NCBI GenBank assembly: GCA_963922975.1
Contig: CAWUKP010000001.1
Location: 1 to 32,725, forward strand
DNA length: 32,725 nucleotides
Reading direction: 5' to 3'
DNA from: an uncultured Spongiivirga sp.
GTDB taxonomy: Bacteria > Bacteroidota > Bacteroidia > Flavobacteriales > Flavobacteriaceae
Each line of letters opens with the position of its first letter. Position 1 is the stretch's first letter. The position numbers were made by a program, and so were the translations under genes. The notes below the pieces were generated by a model. It was not told where the DNA came from. It was given only the letters and a program-made list of their open reading frames with translations, and made no database searches. Below, piece by piece: positions 1 through 7,970 of the stretch.

Positions 1-253
1 GAATCTCTGAAGTGGATTCCAATAATTCTATGGTCATCTCCGAACTCCCTGCAATATGATACACCTCAGGATCAACTTCCACCTGAAGGTTCACATACTT
101 CACATCGTAATTTTTAGGGCTGGCAAAAGAAGTGGTGGCTTGCCTCTCGAACCGCTGCGCCTCTTGTTGAGCTAACTGCGGTATTTGAAGTTCTTGAGAA
201 TGCGAGGCCAGTAAGGCCAAGCAAAAAGTAAGTGGGGCAACTACCTTCTTCAT
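1..253 (-). CDS. M1-family (aminopeptidase N-like) metallopeptidase, N-terminal fragment; the rest lies outside the window
   Basis: Absent from the ORF track because it runs off the window edge. The reverse-strand ATG at 253 opens a stop-free frame to position 1. It encodes MKKVVAPLTFCLALLASHSQ (signal peptide), then PKNYDVKYVNLQVEVDPEVYHIAGSSEMTIELL. That stretch resembles the start of the Peptidase_M1 N-terminal domain in Bacteroidota aminopeptidases. The family call rests on about 40 aa. Confidence 0.5.
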   Translation of the reverse strand, partial: MKKVVAPLTFCLALLASHSQELQIPQLAQQEAQRFERQATTSFASPKNYDVKYVNLQVEVDPEVYHIAGSSEMTIELLESTSEI

Positions 254-300
254 GCTTAGATTTGGGACTATGAAAGTACGTCTTCTCAGAGAAGTTTCCG

Positions 301-308
301 TATTTTTG
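301..308 (+). promoter_or_regulatory. Bacteroidota -7 promoter box (TAnnTTTG), exact match TATTTTTG, upstream of the SCO-family gene
   Basis: Exact consensus octamer 69 nt upstream of the ATG at 378, in the divergent intergenic region. Confidence 0.35.
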
Positions 309-377
309 TTGTGAAATTGCTAGCTGTTGATGCGTAGCATTTAATTCACGTTTTCTCAGTTTATTTCGTCGGTATCT

Positions 378-1052
378 ATGCACACCTTCTTTCGGAAATT
401 CAGAACACTTGGAATTGTATTACTGCTGCTTTCAGGGGTTATTATTTGGCTGTTTTACGGGGCTCTAAAACCCGAAGAAAGATTACCCATTTGGCAACCC
501 GCGATGATCAATCAAGAGTTGGTAGATGAATCGTTGGTAGATGTCAAGAAATATCACACTATTGCTGATTTTTCATTGACCAATCAAAATGGTCAGACCA
601 TCACTCAGAAAGACTATGAAGGCAAGATCTATGTGGCCGACTTCTTTTTCACTACTTGCCCAACCATTTGCCCTATTATGACGGACAATATGTACGACCT
701 ACAAATGGAGTTTCTAGACGATGAAGAAGTCATGCTGCTTTCACATTCTGTGACGCCTACCATCGATACAGTGGCGCAGTTGAAAAAGTATGCAAATCTC
801 AAGGGCGTGATCGACAAAAAGTGGAATTTAGTGACCGGCGATAAAAAACACATCTATGAACTCGCTCGAAAATCGTATATGGCAGTGAAGACAGACGGTG
901 ATGGCGGGCCGTATGATATGATACACACAGAAAACTTCATCTTGATCGATAAAGAGCGGAGAATTCGAGCCTATTACGACGGTACCAAAAAAGAAGAGAT
1001 GGCCAAATTGATAGAGGATATTGCTATTCTAAAAAAAGAATATGCAGAATAG
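378..1052 (+). CDS. SCO1/SenC family copper chaperone / thiol-disulfide oxidoreductase, membrane anchored
   Basis: 224-aa ORF with an ATG start and an N-terminal TM anchor (LGIVLLLLSGVIIWLFYG). It carries the diagnostic FFFTTCPTICP CxxxC copper-binding motif and a downstream HTENFILID His, as in SCO proteins. Confidence 0.85.
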   Translation: MHTFFRKFRTLGIVLLLLSGVIIWLFYGALKPEERLPIWQPAMINQELVDESLVDVKKYHTIADFSLTNQNGQTITQKDYEGKIYVADFFFTTCPTICPIMTDNMYDLQMEFLDDEEVMLLSHSVTPTIDTVAQLKKYANLKGVIDKKWNLVTGDKKHIYELARKSYMAVKTDGDGGPYDMIHTENFILIDKERRIRAYYDGTKKEEMAKLIEDIAILKKEYAE

Positions 1053-1087
1053 CCTCTTCATTCCTTTCCCCAATCTACAATTTGTTC

Positions 1088-1095
1088 TATTTTTG
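1088..1095 (+). promoter_or_regulatory. Bacteroidota -7 promoter box, exact TATTTTTG, upstream of feoA
   Basis: Exact TAnnTTTG 30 nt upstream of the feoA TTG start. Confidence 0.4.
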
Positions 1096-1125
1096 CTTCT
1101 TTAAAATCAATCTAAATAAGATACG

Positions 1126-1356
1126 TTGACTGTTGCCGAACTTCTTATTGGGGAAAAGGGAATCATTACGGATATTTCCTCCAATCACATTCCACTCAAA
1201 TTGTTGGAAATGGGGTGCCTTCCCGGAAACGAAGTCCAAATGCTACAAAAAGCACCTTTCAACGACCCCCTTTACATCACGGTCAACGACAGTCATGTGG
1301 CCATTCGCAAGGAAACAGCCGTCCTGATTCAAATCGAGAAATTAGCGACTACATGA
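1126..1356 (+). CDS. feoA: Ferrous iron transport protein FeoA (SH3-like)
   Basis: 76 aa: MTVAELLIGEKGIITDI...LLEMGCLPGNEVQM...VAIRKETAVLIQIE, the typical FeoA domain. It has a TTG start with no in-frame ATG upstream. Its stop overlaps the feoB ATG (ATGA at 1353-1356). Confidence 0.85.
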   Translation: MTVAELLIGEKGIITDISSNHIPLKLLEMGCLPGNEVQMLQKAPFNDPLYITVNDSHVAIRKETAVLIQIEKLATT

Positions 1357-3449
1357 AGAAACAAATCAATGTGGCGCTCATTGGCAATCCGAATACTGGC
1401 AAGACTTCCGTATTCAACCATTTAACGGGACTCAACCAAAAAGTTGGGAATTACCCTGGCATTACCGTCGAGAAAAAAGAGGGTATCTGCAAGCTCTCTC
1501 GAGGGGTGAAAGCACATATTATTGATCTTCCGGGCACCTACAGTTTAAATGCTTCGTCGATGGACGAAAGCGTGGTGGTTGAATTGCTGATGAATAAGGA
1601 TGATAAAGATTTTCCCGATGTGGCCGTAGTGGTAACCGACGTGGAAAATCTCAAGCGAAACCTCTTGCTATTCACCCAGATTAAAGACCTTCGAATTCCC
1701 ACCATTTTGGTGATTAACATGGCTGATCGCATGCTGAAAAAAGGCATTTCTTTAGACATCGCGGCCTTGGAAGCTAATTTGAAAACGAAGATTGCTTTGA
1801 TCAGCGCTAGGAAGAAACAAGGTATTGAGACCATCAAAGAATTGATCGAAGACCACGCCGCCCTGTCAACGGAACCTTGTGTGCATGTTTCCAGCATTGA
1901 CAAACCCTATTTTGAAGGGCTGCAGAAGGCCTTTCCTAAACAGGATCTCTACAAATTATGGCTTGTGATTACGCAAGATGTCAATTTTGGAAGCATCGAT
2001 CGCAAGCAGATTTCTGATACTTCCACCTTCAAAACAAAATCCGAGAGCGATCTGAAAAGATTGCAACAAAAGGAAACGATCAAGCGCTACCAATTCATCA
2101 ATGATACCCTGAAAAAAGGATATACTGTTGACCCTTCAGCGGCAAAAGACTTTACAGGCAGACTCGATCGAATTCTAACACACAAGGTCTTTGGTTACGT
2201 CATTTTCTTCTTCATCCTGCTGACTATTTTCCAAGCCATTTTTGAATGGAGTTCGTATCCTATGGATTTCATAGATGAACAATTTGCTGCCCTGAGTGAC
2301 TGGATCAAAGCCACACTCCCAGAGGGGGTTTTTACCAACCTACTAGCTGAAGGCATCGTGGCAGGTCTTGGAGGCGTTGTTATCTTCATTCCACAGATCG
2401 CTTTTCTCTTCTTATTTATCGCCGTCTTAGAAGAAAGTGGCTATATGAGTCGAGTGGTGTTTTTGATGGACCGAGGCATGCGTAGGTTTGGCCTGAGCGG
2501 AAAAAGTGTAGTTCCCTTGATTTCTGGAACAGCCTGTGCCATTCCAGCGGTGATGGCCACCCGAAACATAGAAAGTTGGAAGGAACGCCTGATTACCATT
2601 TTAGTGACGCCCTTTACCACCTGTTCAGCTAGATTGCCAGTGTATTTGATCATCATTGCTTTGGTCATTCCGGATGAGCGCTTTTTTGGAGTGAATGTTC
2701 AAGGGTTGGTCTTAATGGGGTTGTATCTATTAGGCTTCGGTATGGCTCTTTTGTCTTCCATGCTATTGACACGTCTGCTCAAGATCAAAAGCAAGAGCTA
2801 CTTTGTGGTGGAAATGCCTTCATACAAACTGCCATTGTTGAAGAATGTACTATTGACCATGGTTGAGAAAACCAAAAGCTTTGTACTAGAAGCGGGAAAA
2901 ATCATTCTTGCGATCTCCATTATTCTATGGGTTTTGGCCTCCTATGGCCCTGGAGACAATTTTCGAAATGCAGAACAGATTGTCAAAGAACAGACTGCCA
3001 ACCAAATCGTATCCGCAGATGATTTAGACCGTAAAATTGCAGCGTATAAATTGGAGCATTCGTATATCGGTACTGCGGGTCGTGCTATTGAACCTGTGAT
3101 CAAACCCTTGGGTTACGACTGGAAGATAGGCATCGGAATTATTGCCAGTTTTGCGGCACGCGAAGTGTTTGTAGGTACTTTGGCCACTATTTACAGTGTG
3201 GGAAGCGATGAAGAGGAGACCATCAAAAACCGTATGGCTGCAGAAATGAAGGATAATGGCAAGAAACAATATGACCTTCCTTCGGGCATATCCTTACTGC
3301 TATTCTATGCCTTTGCGATGCAATGTATGAGCACTTTAGCCATCGTGAAAAAAGAAACCAACAGCTGGAAATGGCCGTTGCTGCAATTGGCGGCCATGTC
3401 TGGTATTGCTTATTTGGTGGCGCTTGTGGCCTATCAACTTCTTAACTAA
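1353..3449 (+). CDS. feoB: Ferrous iron transporter FeoB (N-terminal GTPase plus membrane permease)
   Basis: The tracked ORF 1215..3449 is trimmed to the ATG at 1353 (MKKQINVALIGNPNTGKTSVFNHLTG, the G1 P-loop). DLPGTYSL (G3) and NMAD (G4) follow, then multiple TM segments of the Gate domains. The upstream 46 codons overlap feoA in another frame and look non-coding. Confidence 0.95.
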   Translation: MKKQINVALIGNPNTGKTSVFNHLTGLNQKVGNYPGITVEKKEGICKLSRGVKAHIIDLPGTYSLNASSMDESVVVELLMNKDDKDFPDVAVVVTDVENLKRNLLLFTQIKDLRIPTILVINMADRMLKKGISLDIAALEANLKTKIALISARKKQGIETIKELIEDHAALSTEPCVHVSSIDKPYFEGLQKAFPKQDLYKLWLVITQDVNFGSIDRKQISDTSTFKTKSESDLKRLQQKETIKRYQFINDTLKKGYTVDPSAAKDFTGRLDRILTHKVFGYVIFFFILLTIFQAIFEWSSYPMDFIDEQFAALSDWIKATLPEGVFTNLLAEGIVAGLGGVVIFIPQIAFLFLFIAVLEESGYMSRVVFLMDRGMRRFGLSGKSVVPLISGTACAIPAVMATRNIESWKERLITILVTPFTTCSARLPVYLIIIALVIPDERFFGVNVQGLVLMGLYLLGFGMALLSSMLLTRLLKIKSKSYFVVEMPSYKLPLLKNVLLTMVEKTKSFVLEAGKIILAISIILWVLASYGPGDNFRNAEQIVKEQTANQIVSADDLDRKIAAYKLEHSYIGTAGRAIEPVIKPLGYDWKIGIGIIASFAAREVFVGTLATIYSVGSDEEETIKNRMAAEMKDNGKKQYDLPSGISLLLFYAFAMQCMSTLAIVKKETNSWKWPLLQLAAMSGIAYLVALVAYQLLN

Positions 3450-3451
3450 AA

Positions 3452-3964
3452 CTACTCGAGGCTAGCCAGTGTTTGCCCGTACTTCTTCTTGAATACTGGT
3501 GAATTTATAAAAAGATGGTGCACTTGTGTTTCCCAATCTTGGGCAATGTTGAAGTAACTACTATTTACCTCGGCCATGATTTCATCACAATCTTTACAGG
3601 TGTGTTTGTATCCCAAAAAGTGATGTCCAAATTCGTGAAAAGCCACTACTTTGAAAATGGCGGGATCCACCATGGCCACCCAGTTGATGAGAATACTCTG
3701 TGCTTCACCTGCTTCGTTGCGATCTACTTTTCCTAGAATTAGGGCTTCTTGACGTGTTGGCAAATCATTGACTACCGCAATTCTTTTCAACTCAAAAAGC
3801 TTGTCGTGAAATTCGATGCCATACTTTTCGCAGTATGCTAAAAAGTCGTCCAACAAGGGTTGTACTCGGCCATCAATACGAACGCCCTCTTGTCCTGAAC
3901 CAAAGAGCGAAAAAAGACCAAATAAGAGCAGACAGACAAAAGTCTTGTGGTTACGTGCTGTCAT
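3452..3964 (-). CDS. Hypothetical secreted protein with an HExxH zinc-metallopeptidase-like motif
   Basis: The ORF is trimmed to the ATG at 3964, because position 3985 is a TTG. It has a signal peptide (MTARNHKTFVCLLLFGLFSLFGSGQ). It contains AFHEFGHHFLGYKH (HExxH-xxx-G-xx-H, one residue off the metzincin spacing), followed by CKDCDEIM. I recognise no family. Confidence 0.6.
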   Translation of the reverse strand: MTARNHKTFVCLLLFGLFSLFGSGQEGVRIDGRVQPLLDDFLAYCEKYGIEFHDKLFELKRIAVVNDLPTRQEALILGKVDRNEAGEAQSILINWVAMVDPAIFKVVAFHEFGHHFLGYKHTCKDCDEIMAEVNSSYFNIAQDWETQVHHLFINSPVFKKKYGQTLASLE

Positions 3965-4133
3965 CTTGAAATAGTTTAGGGCCAATGGTTAGCACCAGAC
4001 GATCTGGCGTTTAGCTAACGATAGAAAGATATGAAAATTGAGCCCTTAACATCTCATAAGCAGAACTTTAACATAAGTTTGATGTAAAATGTGTTAAAGC
4101 TGTGGTGAAGAACAAGGAGTGTTTTTTCTTTCG

Positions 4134-4141
4134 TATTTTTG
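4134..4141 (+). promoter_or_regulatory. Bacteroidota -7 promoter box, exact TATTTTTG, 4 nt upstream of the ATG at 4146
   Basis: Exact TAnnTTTG; its final G is at 4141 and the ATG at 4146. This predicts a leaderless or near-leaderless transcript. Confidence 0.45.
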
Positions 4142-4145
4142 CGAC

Positions 4146-4292
4146 ATGGAAATTCTTCAAACTTCCCTGGTTATACTCACATTTGCCTTAGCCCTTGGCT
4201 ATTTAATAACTAAATTTCTGTGGAAACCAGCCTTCCTAAGTACCAAAAAAAGCACCAAAAAAGACTGCGGCAGTAATTGTGGTTGTAGCTAA
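4146..4292 (+). CDS. FeoB-associated Cys-rich membrane protein (48 aa)
   Basis: Not in the ORF track because it is under 60 aa. Sequence: MEILQTSLVILTFALALGYLITKFLWKPAFLSTKKSTKKDCGSNCGCS. It has one N-terminal TM helix, a Lys-rich linker and a C-terminal CGxxCGC. That is the architecture of the small FeoB-associated Cys-rich family that usually follows feoB. An exact promoter box lies directly upstream. Confidence 0.7.
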   Translation: MEILQTSLVILTFALALGYLITKFLWKPAFLSTKKSTKKDCGSNCGCS

Positions 4293-4305
4293 GTAGGCCA
4301 ATTCC

Positions 4306-6348
4306 TTATTCCTTTGTTTCGCTATTCCTGTATTTGTCAAACCAGGCGATCGTATGCGCCACCTTACTAATTAGTTGACTGGGACGGCGGGCAATGCCGT
4401 GGGACGCACCAGGTAGTTCTACTAAAACTGTTTCAATCTTTCTAAGTTTGAGCGCATGGTATAGCTGCTTTGCCTCACTAGGCGGTGTACGCAAGTCGTT
4501 CATACCCACCATCACCATCGTAGGCGTTTCTACATTCCCCACCAGAGAGATCGGAGAAAATTTCCAATAGCCTTCAAAATTTTCCCAGGGCTGCCCAGGG
4601 TATCTGCTATTCGCATAGCCGTAATAATTATCCGCTACCAACGTCTTACTGATCCAGTTCATCACGGGTTTAGCTACCACCGCCGCCCTAAATCGATTGG
4701 TCTTTCCGATGATCCACGCCGTCATGATGCCTCCGGCACTTCCACCTGTTACATATAAGTTGTCTGCATCGATGATTCCCTTTTGTAAAAGATGTTCGAC
4801 ACCATCTATCACATCGTTGTAATCCTCTCCAGGATAGTTATTGTACAATAAGTTTCCAAATTCCTCGCCATAGCTCGTACTGCCACGAGGATTCGGATAA
4901 AAAACCAGATATCCTGCAGCTGCGTAGAGTTGAATTTCTGCGGAGAATCGATCGCCGTAGTTGAGGATAGGCCCACCGTGATTCTCAATCAAGAGAGGAT
5001 ACTTCTTTCCTTCTTCATACGCAGGTGGCTTCACGATCCAACCCTGAATATCTCTTCCATCTACAGACGATTTGTACCATACTTCCTCTACTTTCCCCAG
5101 TTCGCGATACGGTAATAGGTCTTTATTGAGCTTCGTTATAAGCCTAGGACTGGACTGTTTCCGACTAAAAACCGCCACTTCAGCAGGATAAGATGGTCTT
5201 GAATGTGTGTAGGCAAAATTTCCTTGACTGTTCACGCTGAAAGACCCGCCTGGATAGGGTCTTCCCAGAGAAGTACCTCCCAAATCGTCAGCGAGCTTTG
5301 TCACTTTTCCATTAAGGGAAATGTGTGCAATTTTCGTGTTTCCCTTATCGTCATAGGTGAAGTAAAGCCCTTTATTATTTGCATCCCAAACAGGATTGCT
5401 GATACTTCGGTCGAGAGGCGTAGAGAGTGTTCTTTTTCCACTGCCGTCAATATTCATTACGTGCAATTGCCGCACTTGGTAGGCCTGCACTTTATCTTGG
5501 TATCCCAAAAAAGCAATCATTTTACCGTTTGGAGCTACCACCGGATGGTAATCTGGTCCTTCTTGCTTGGTAAGTGCGCTGATCTCTTGCGTAAGCACGT
5601 TTACCTTGTAAATTTCACTATTGCGGAAGCGATATTCCCAATCTTCTACCCTATTCGCCGAGAAATAAATATGCTGCCCGTCAGGTGACCATGATAATTG
5701 TCCGCGATGGTTCCAATCACCCGAAGTAATTTGTCGAGGCGCTCCACCTTCCGCAGGCACTACAAAAATATGATTGAACCCTGGCTTGATATAACCCGCA
5801 CCGTCTGCTTCATGCTTCAACCGATCTGTAATGCGAGGAGCTTCGGCCCATTTCGCATCTTTCGGTTTTTTAGGTGCTTTCACAATGACAGGGGCCTTCG
5901 CGCTAACCTTCATGGAAAAAGCCAGCCACTTCCCATCGGGAGACCAAGTAAGACTGCTTGGAGAGGCCTCCAACTGGGTAAGTTTGGCGAGTGCTCCTGT
6001 CTGTTTCCAGAACACAAAAATCTCTGATCCCTCGTCGGTACTGCTCGTAAAAGCAATGCGATCGCCAGTAGGCGACCATCTAGGGGAAGATTCATTTTGA
6101 TCTCGCGATGTCAATTTATGATGACCACTACCATCGGTATTGACAATCCATAAGTTCCCCTTGGCCTTGTCGGTCATGATATCGAAGCCATTACGCTTGT
6201 AGACTACCTGCTTTCCATCCGAAGAAATTTGGGGGTCTGAAGCATACTCCAGCTGAAAAATATCAAGGTCTTGTAAGGGTTTCTTTTGGGCATAAAGGAA
6301 ATTCAAACTGCTCAACACAGTGACAAAAAGAAGGGAAATGTATTTCAT
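4306..6348 (-). CDS. S9 family serine peptidase (prolyl oligopeptidase / acylaminoacyl-peptidase type) with an N-terminal TolB-like beta-propeller
   Basis: 680 aa with a signal peptide. PD40/WD40-like repeats are present (SPRWSPTGDRIAF, WSPDGKWLAF, WSPDGQHIYF, APNGKMIAF). The catalytic triad context is GGSAGG (Ser), VGMNDLRTP (Asp) and GASHGI (His). Confidence 0.9.
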   Translation of the reverse strand: MKYISLLFVTVLSSLNFLYAQKKPLQDLDIFQLEYASDPQISSDGKQVVYKRNGFDIMTDKAKGNLWIVNTDGSGHHKLTSRDQNESSPRWSPTGDRIAFTSSTDEGSEIFVFWKQTGALAKLTQLEASPSSLTWSPDGKWLAFSMKVSAKAPVIVKAPKKPKDAKWAEAPRITDRLKHEADGAGYIKPGFNHIFVVPAEGGAPRQITSGDWNHRGQLSWSPDGQHIYFSANRVEDWEYRFRNSEIYKVNVLTQEISALTKQEGPDYHPVVAPNGKMIAFLGYQDKVQAYQVRQLHVMNIDGSGKRTLSTPLDRSISNPVWDANNKGLYFTYDDKGNTKIAHISLNGKVTKLADDLGGTSLGRPYPGGSFSVNSQGNFAYTHSRPSYPAEVAVFSRKQSSPRLITKLNKDLLPYRELGKVEEVWYKSSVDGRDIQGWIVKPPAYEEGKKYPLLIENHGGPILNYGDRFSAEIQLYAAAGYLVFYPNPRGSTSYGEEFGNLLYNNYPGEDYNDVIDGVEHLLQKGIIDADNLYVTGGSAGGIMTAWIIGKTNRFRAAVVAKPVMNWISKTLVADNYYGYANSRYPGQPWENFEGYWKFSPISLVGNVETPTMVMVGMNDLRTPPSEAKQLYHALKLRKIETVLVELPGASHGIARRPSQLISKVAHTIAWFDKYRNSETKE

Positions 6349-6403
6349 GGTACTTTAGGTATTCAGATCCACACTAAAGTACAATTTATACGGCAAAAGA
6401 GAA

Positions 6404-7225
6404 CTACCCTAGTCCCACGTCTAAGGTCATCATGACAATAAATCCTGCTATGAATCCTAAGGTGGCAATGTCTGTATATTTATCGCGTTGGGTTTCAGGA
6501 ATTACCTCTTCGACTACAACAAAAATCATAGCGCCAGCTGCAAAAGCCAAAGCATATGGGAGGATCGGTGTAAAGAAGGTGACAGCCAATGCGCCCATGA
6601 CCCCAGCAACAGGTTCTACAATAGCTGACATTTGTCCATACCAAAAACTCTTTCTTCGGCTCACGCCATGCCGTCGTAAGGGCATGGAAACAGCAATTCC
6701 TTCAGGAAAGTTTTGAATGCCTATACCTAGGGCCAATGCAACCGCTCCACCAATGGTAGCTTCTGGAATTCCAGCCGCAACACCACCAAATAAAACTCCT
6801 ACGGCAAGGCCTTCTGGGATGTTGTGCAAGGTAATGGCCAGCACCAATAAGGTAGTTCTTCGCCATGGTGTTTTAATACCTTCCTTTTCATCTTCTTTGA
6901 AATTGATATGCAAGTGTGGAAGAACTTTATCTAACCCAAACAAAAAGAGTGCTCCCAAGGCAAAACCCACCACCGATGGAATTACCTTCACAAAACCTTC
7001 TCCAGGACTCATTTCAATACCCGGTGCCAGCAGACTCCAAAAGCTTGCAGCCACCATGACCCCACCGGTAAACCCTAACATTCCATCTAAGAGGGCGCGA
7101 TTCATTGATTTAAAGAAGAAGACCAAAGAGGCTCCTAGAGCGGTAACAATCCAAGTGAATAAAGTGGCATAGAAGGCCCCGAGAACGGGATTGATACTTT
7201 CGAAATAGGCGAGTATTTCATTCAT
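6404..7225 (-). CDS. ZIP family divalent metal transporter (ZupT/GufA-like)
   Basis: 273 aa and polytopic, with the ZIP signatures HNIPEGLAVG and QNFPEGIAVS. It starts 3 nt after the stop of the DtxR-family gene, so the two form an operon. Confidence 0.9.
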   Translation of the reverse strand: MNEILAYFESINPVLGAFYATLFTWIVTALGASLVFFFKSMNRALLDGMLGFTGGVMVAASFWSLLAPGIEMSPGEGFVKVIPSVVGFALGALFLFGLDKVLPHLHINFKEDEKEGIKTPWRRTTLLVLAITLHNIPEGLAVGVLFGGVAAGIPEATIGGAVALALGIGIQNFPEGIAVSMPLRRHGVSRRKSFWYGQMSAIVEPVAGVMGALAVTFFTPILPYALAFAAGAMIFVVVEEVIPETQRDKYTDIATLGFIAGFIVMMTLDVGLG

Positions 7226-7228
7226 AAA

Positions 7229-7882
7229 CTAACGAGTTTCGATATAAATGTTAGTGGCGATTTGTTGGCTCACACGAATTTCCTTCTTACGAACGCGAAT
7301 CAGCATGGATTCGTCGAATGGTTCCTTATCAATCACCTCTATCTTTTCTCCAAGGGCAATACCGTGCTTGTTGAGATATTTCAAAAAGTTGGCATCTGAG
7401 TCCTTGACCCCTACACAAATCGCACGGTCACCTGCTTTTAAAACTGAAAGCAATCGATGGTCGCGCACTGGAATATTTCCTTCCTTGTCGGGAATGGGGT
7501 CTCCATGAGGGTCCACTTTGGGATTTCCTAAAAAGTCGTCAAGCTGCTCTACTAGCTTGGGTGACTTGATATGCTCTAATTGTTCAGCTACCTCGTGTAC
7601 CTCATCCCAAGAGAAATTCAACTTCTCCACTAAAAAGAGCTCCCACAACCGATGTTTTCGGATGATATTGACCGCAATCTGACGCCCTTTCTTGCTCAGT
7701 CGAGCTCCTTGATAAGGCACATAGGTCAACAATCCTTTATCAGATAGTTTCTTCACCATATCCGTAACCGAAGAAGCCTTAGTCTCCAAGCGATGCGCAA
7801 TGGCATTGGTAGCCACCATGGCGTCAGCCTCTGGTGCCAGATGAAAAATGGCCTTCAAATAATTCTCCTCAGATAGCGTCAT
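7229..7882 (-). CDS. DtxR/MntR family metal-dependent transcriptional repressor with a C-terminal FeoA/SH3-like domain
   Basis: Trimmed to the ATG at 7882, because position 7885 is a TTG. It has an N-terminal wHTH (MTLSEENYLKAIFHL...SSVTDMVKKLSDKGLL). The dimerisation and metal-site region reads RKHRLWELFLVEKL...EVAEQLEH...DPHGDPIP. The C-terminal part is a FeoA-like domain. Confidence 0.9.
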   Translation of the reverse strand: MTLSEENYLKAIFHLAPEADAMVATNAIAHRLETKASSVTDMVKKLSDKGLLTYVPYQGARLSKKGRQIAVNIIRKHRLWELFLVEKLNFSWDEVHEVAEQLEHIKSPKLVEQLDDFLGNPKVDPHGDPIPDKEGNIPVRDHRLLSVLKAGDRAICVGVKDSDANFLKYLNKHGIALGEKIEVIDKEPFDESMLIRVRKKEIRVSQQIATNIYIETR

Positions 7883-7902
7883 CAATGTTGCTGTAGATTT
7901 TA

Positions 7903-7910
7903 CAAAACTA
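7903..7910 (-). promoter_or_regulatory. Bacteroidota -7 promoter box (minus strand TAGTTTTG) for the DtxR-family/ZIP operon
   Basis: The plus-strand CAAAACTA is an exact TAnnTTTG on the minus strand, 20 nt upstream of the ATG at 7882. Confidence 0.45.
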
Positions 7911-7929
7911 GAGAAATTTTATGAGGATA

Positions 7930-7961
7930 AATTAATTTTTAGACAAGACTAAAAATTAATT
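7930..7961. promoter_or_regulatory. Candidate DtxR/MntR-type operator: perfect 13-bp inverted repeat AATTAATTTTTAG-N6-CTAAAAATTAATT
   Basis: Arms at 7930-7942 and 7949-7961 are exact reverse complements. The core TTAG...CTAA resembles DtxR/IdeR box half-sites. A second 10-bp inverted repeat, TTTTAGACAA (7937-7946) / TTGTCTAAAA (7968-7977), overlaps the receptor -7 box. The site lies between the two divergent promoters. Confidence 0.45.
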
Positions 7962-7962
7962 G

Positions 7963-7970
7963 TAAATTTG
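7963..7970 (+). promoter_or_regulatory. Bacteroidota -7 promoter box, exact TAAATTTG, for the TonB-dependent receptor operon
   Basis: Exact TAnnTTTG 18 nt upstream of the GTG start at 7989. It overlaps the TTGTCTAAAA half-site. Confidence 0.45.

Noticed and set aside
282-294. 13-nt perfect palindrome CTTCTCAGAGAAG in the peptidase/SCO1 divergent region
   Set aside because: It is short, stands alone and has no recognisable regulator nearby. It cannot be distinguished from chance without comparative data.
114-383. 89-aa minus-strand ORF spanning the M1-peptidase/SCO1 intergenic region
   Set aside because: It overlaps the real signal-peptide-encoding start of the peptidase gene in a different frame and runs across the divergent promoter. 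It has no recognisable motifs.
1133-1327. 64-aa plus-strand ORF inside feoA
   Set aside because: It is an alternative frame of a well-supported FeoA coding sequence, and its translation has no features.
1215-1352. N-terminal extension of the tracked feoB ORF (46 extra codons)
   Set aside because: It overlaps feoA in another frame and has a low-complexity, Arg/Pro/Ser-rich translation. The canonical FeoB N-terminus (MKKQINVALIGNPNTGKT) starts at the ATG at 1353, which is coupled to the feoA stop.
5203-5688. 161-aa ORF, and neighbours at 4930-5115, 5698-6100 and 5910-6095, overlapping the S9 peptidase gene in other frames, mostly antisense
   Set aside because: They lie entirely within a strongly supported 680-aa gene. 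The translations are Cys/Arg/Ser-rich with no motifs, as is typical of shadow ORFs.
6717-7172. 151-aa and 94-aa ORFs antisense to the ZIP transporter gene
   Set aside because: These are shadow ORFs of a Gly/Ala-rich membrane-protein gene. The Pro/Ala/Thr-rich translation is the expected antisense artefact.
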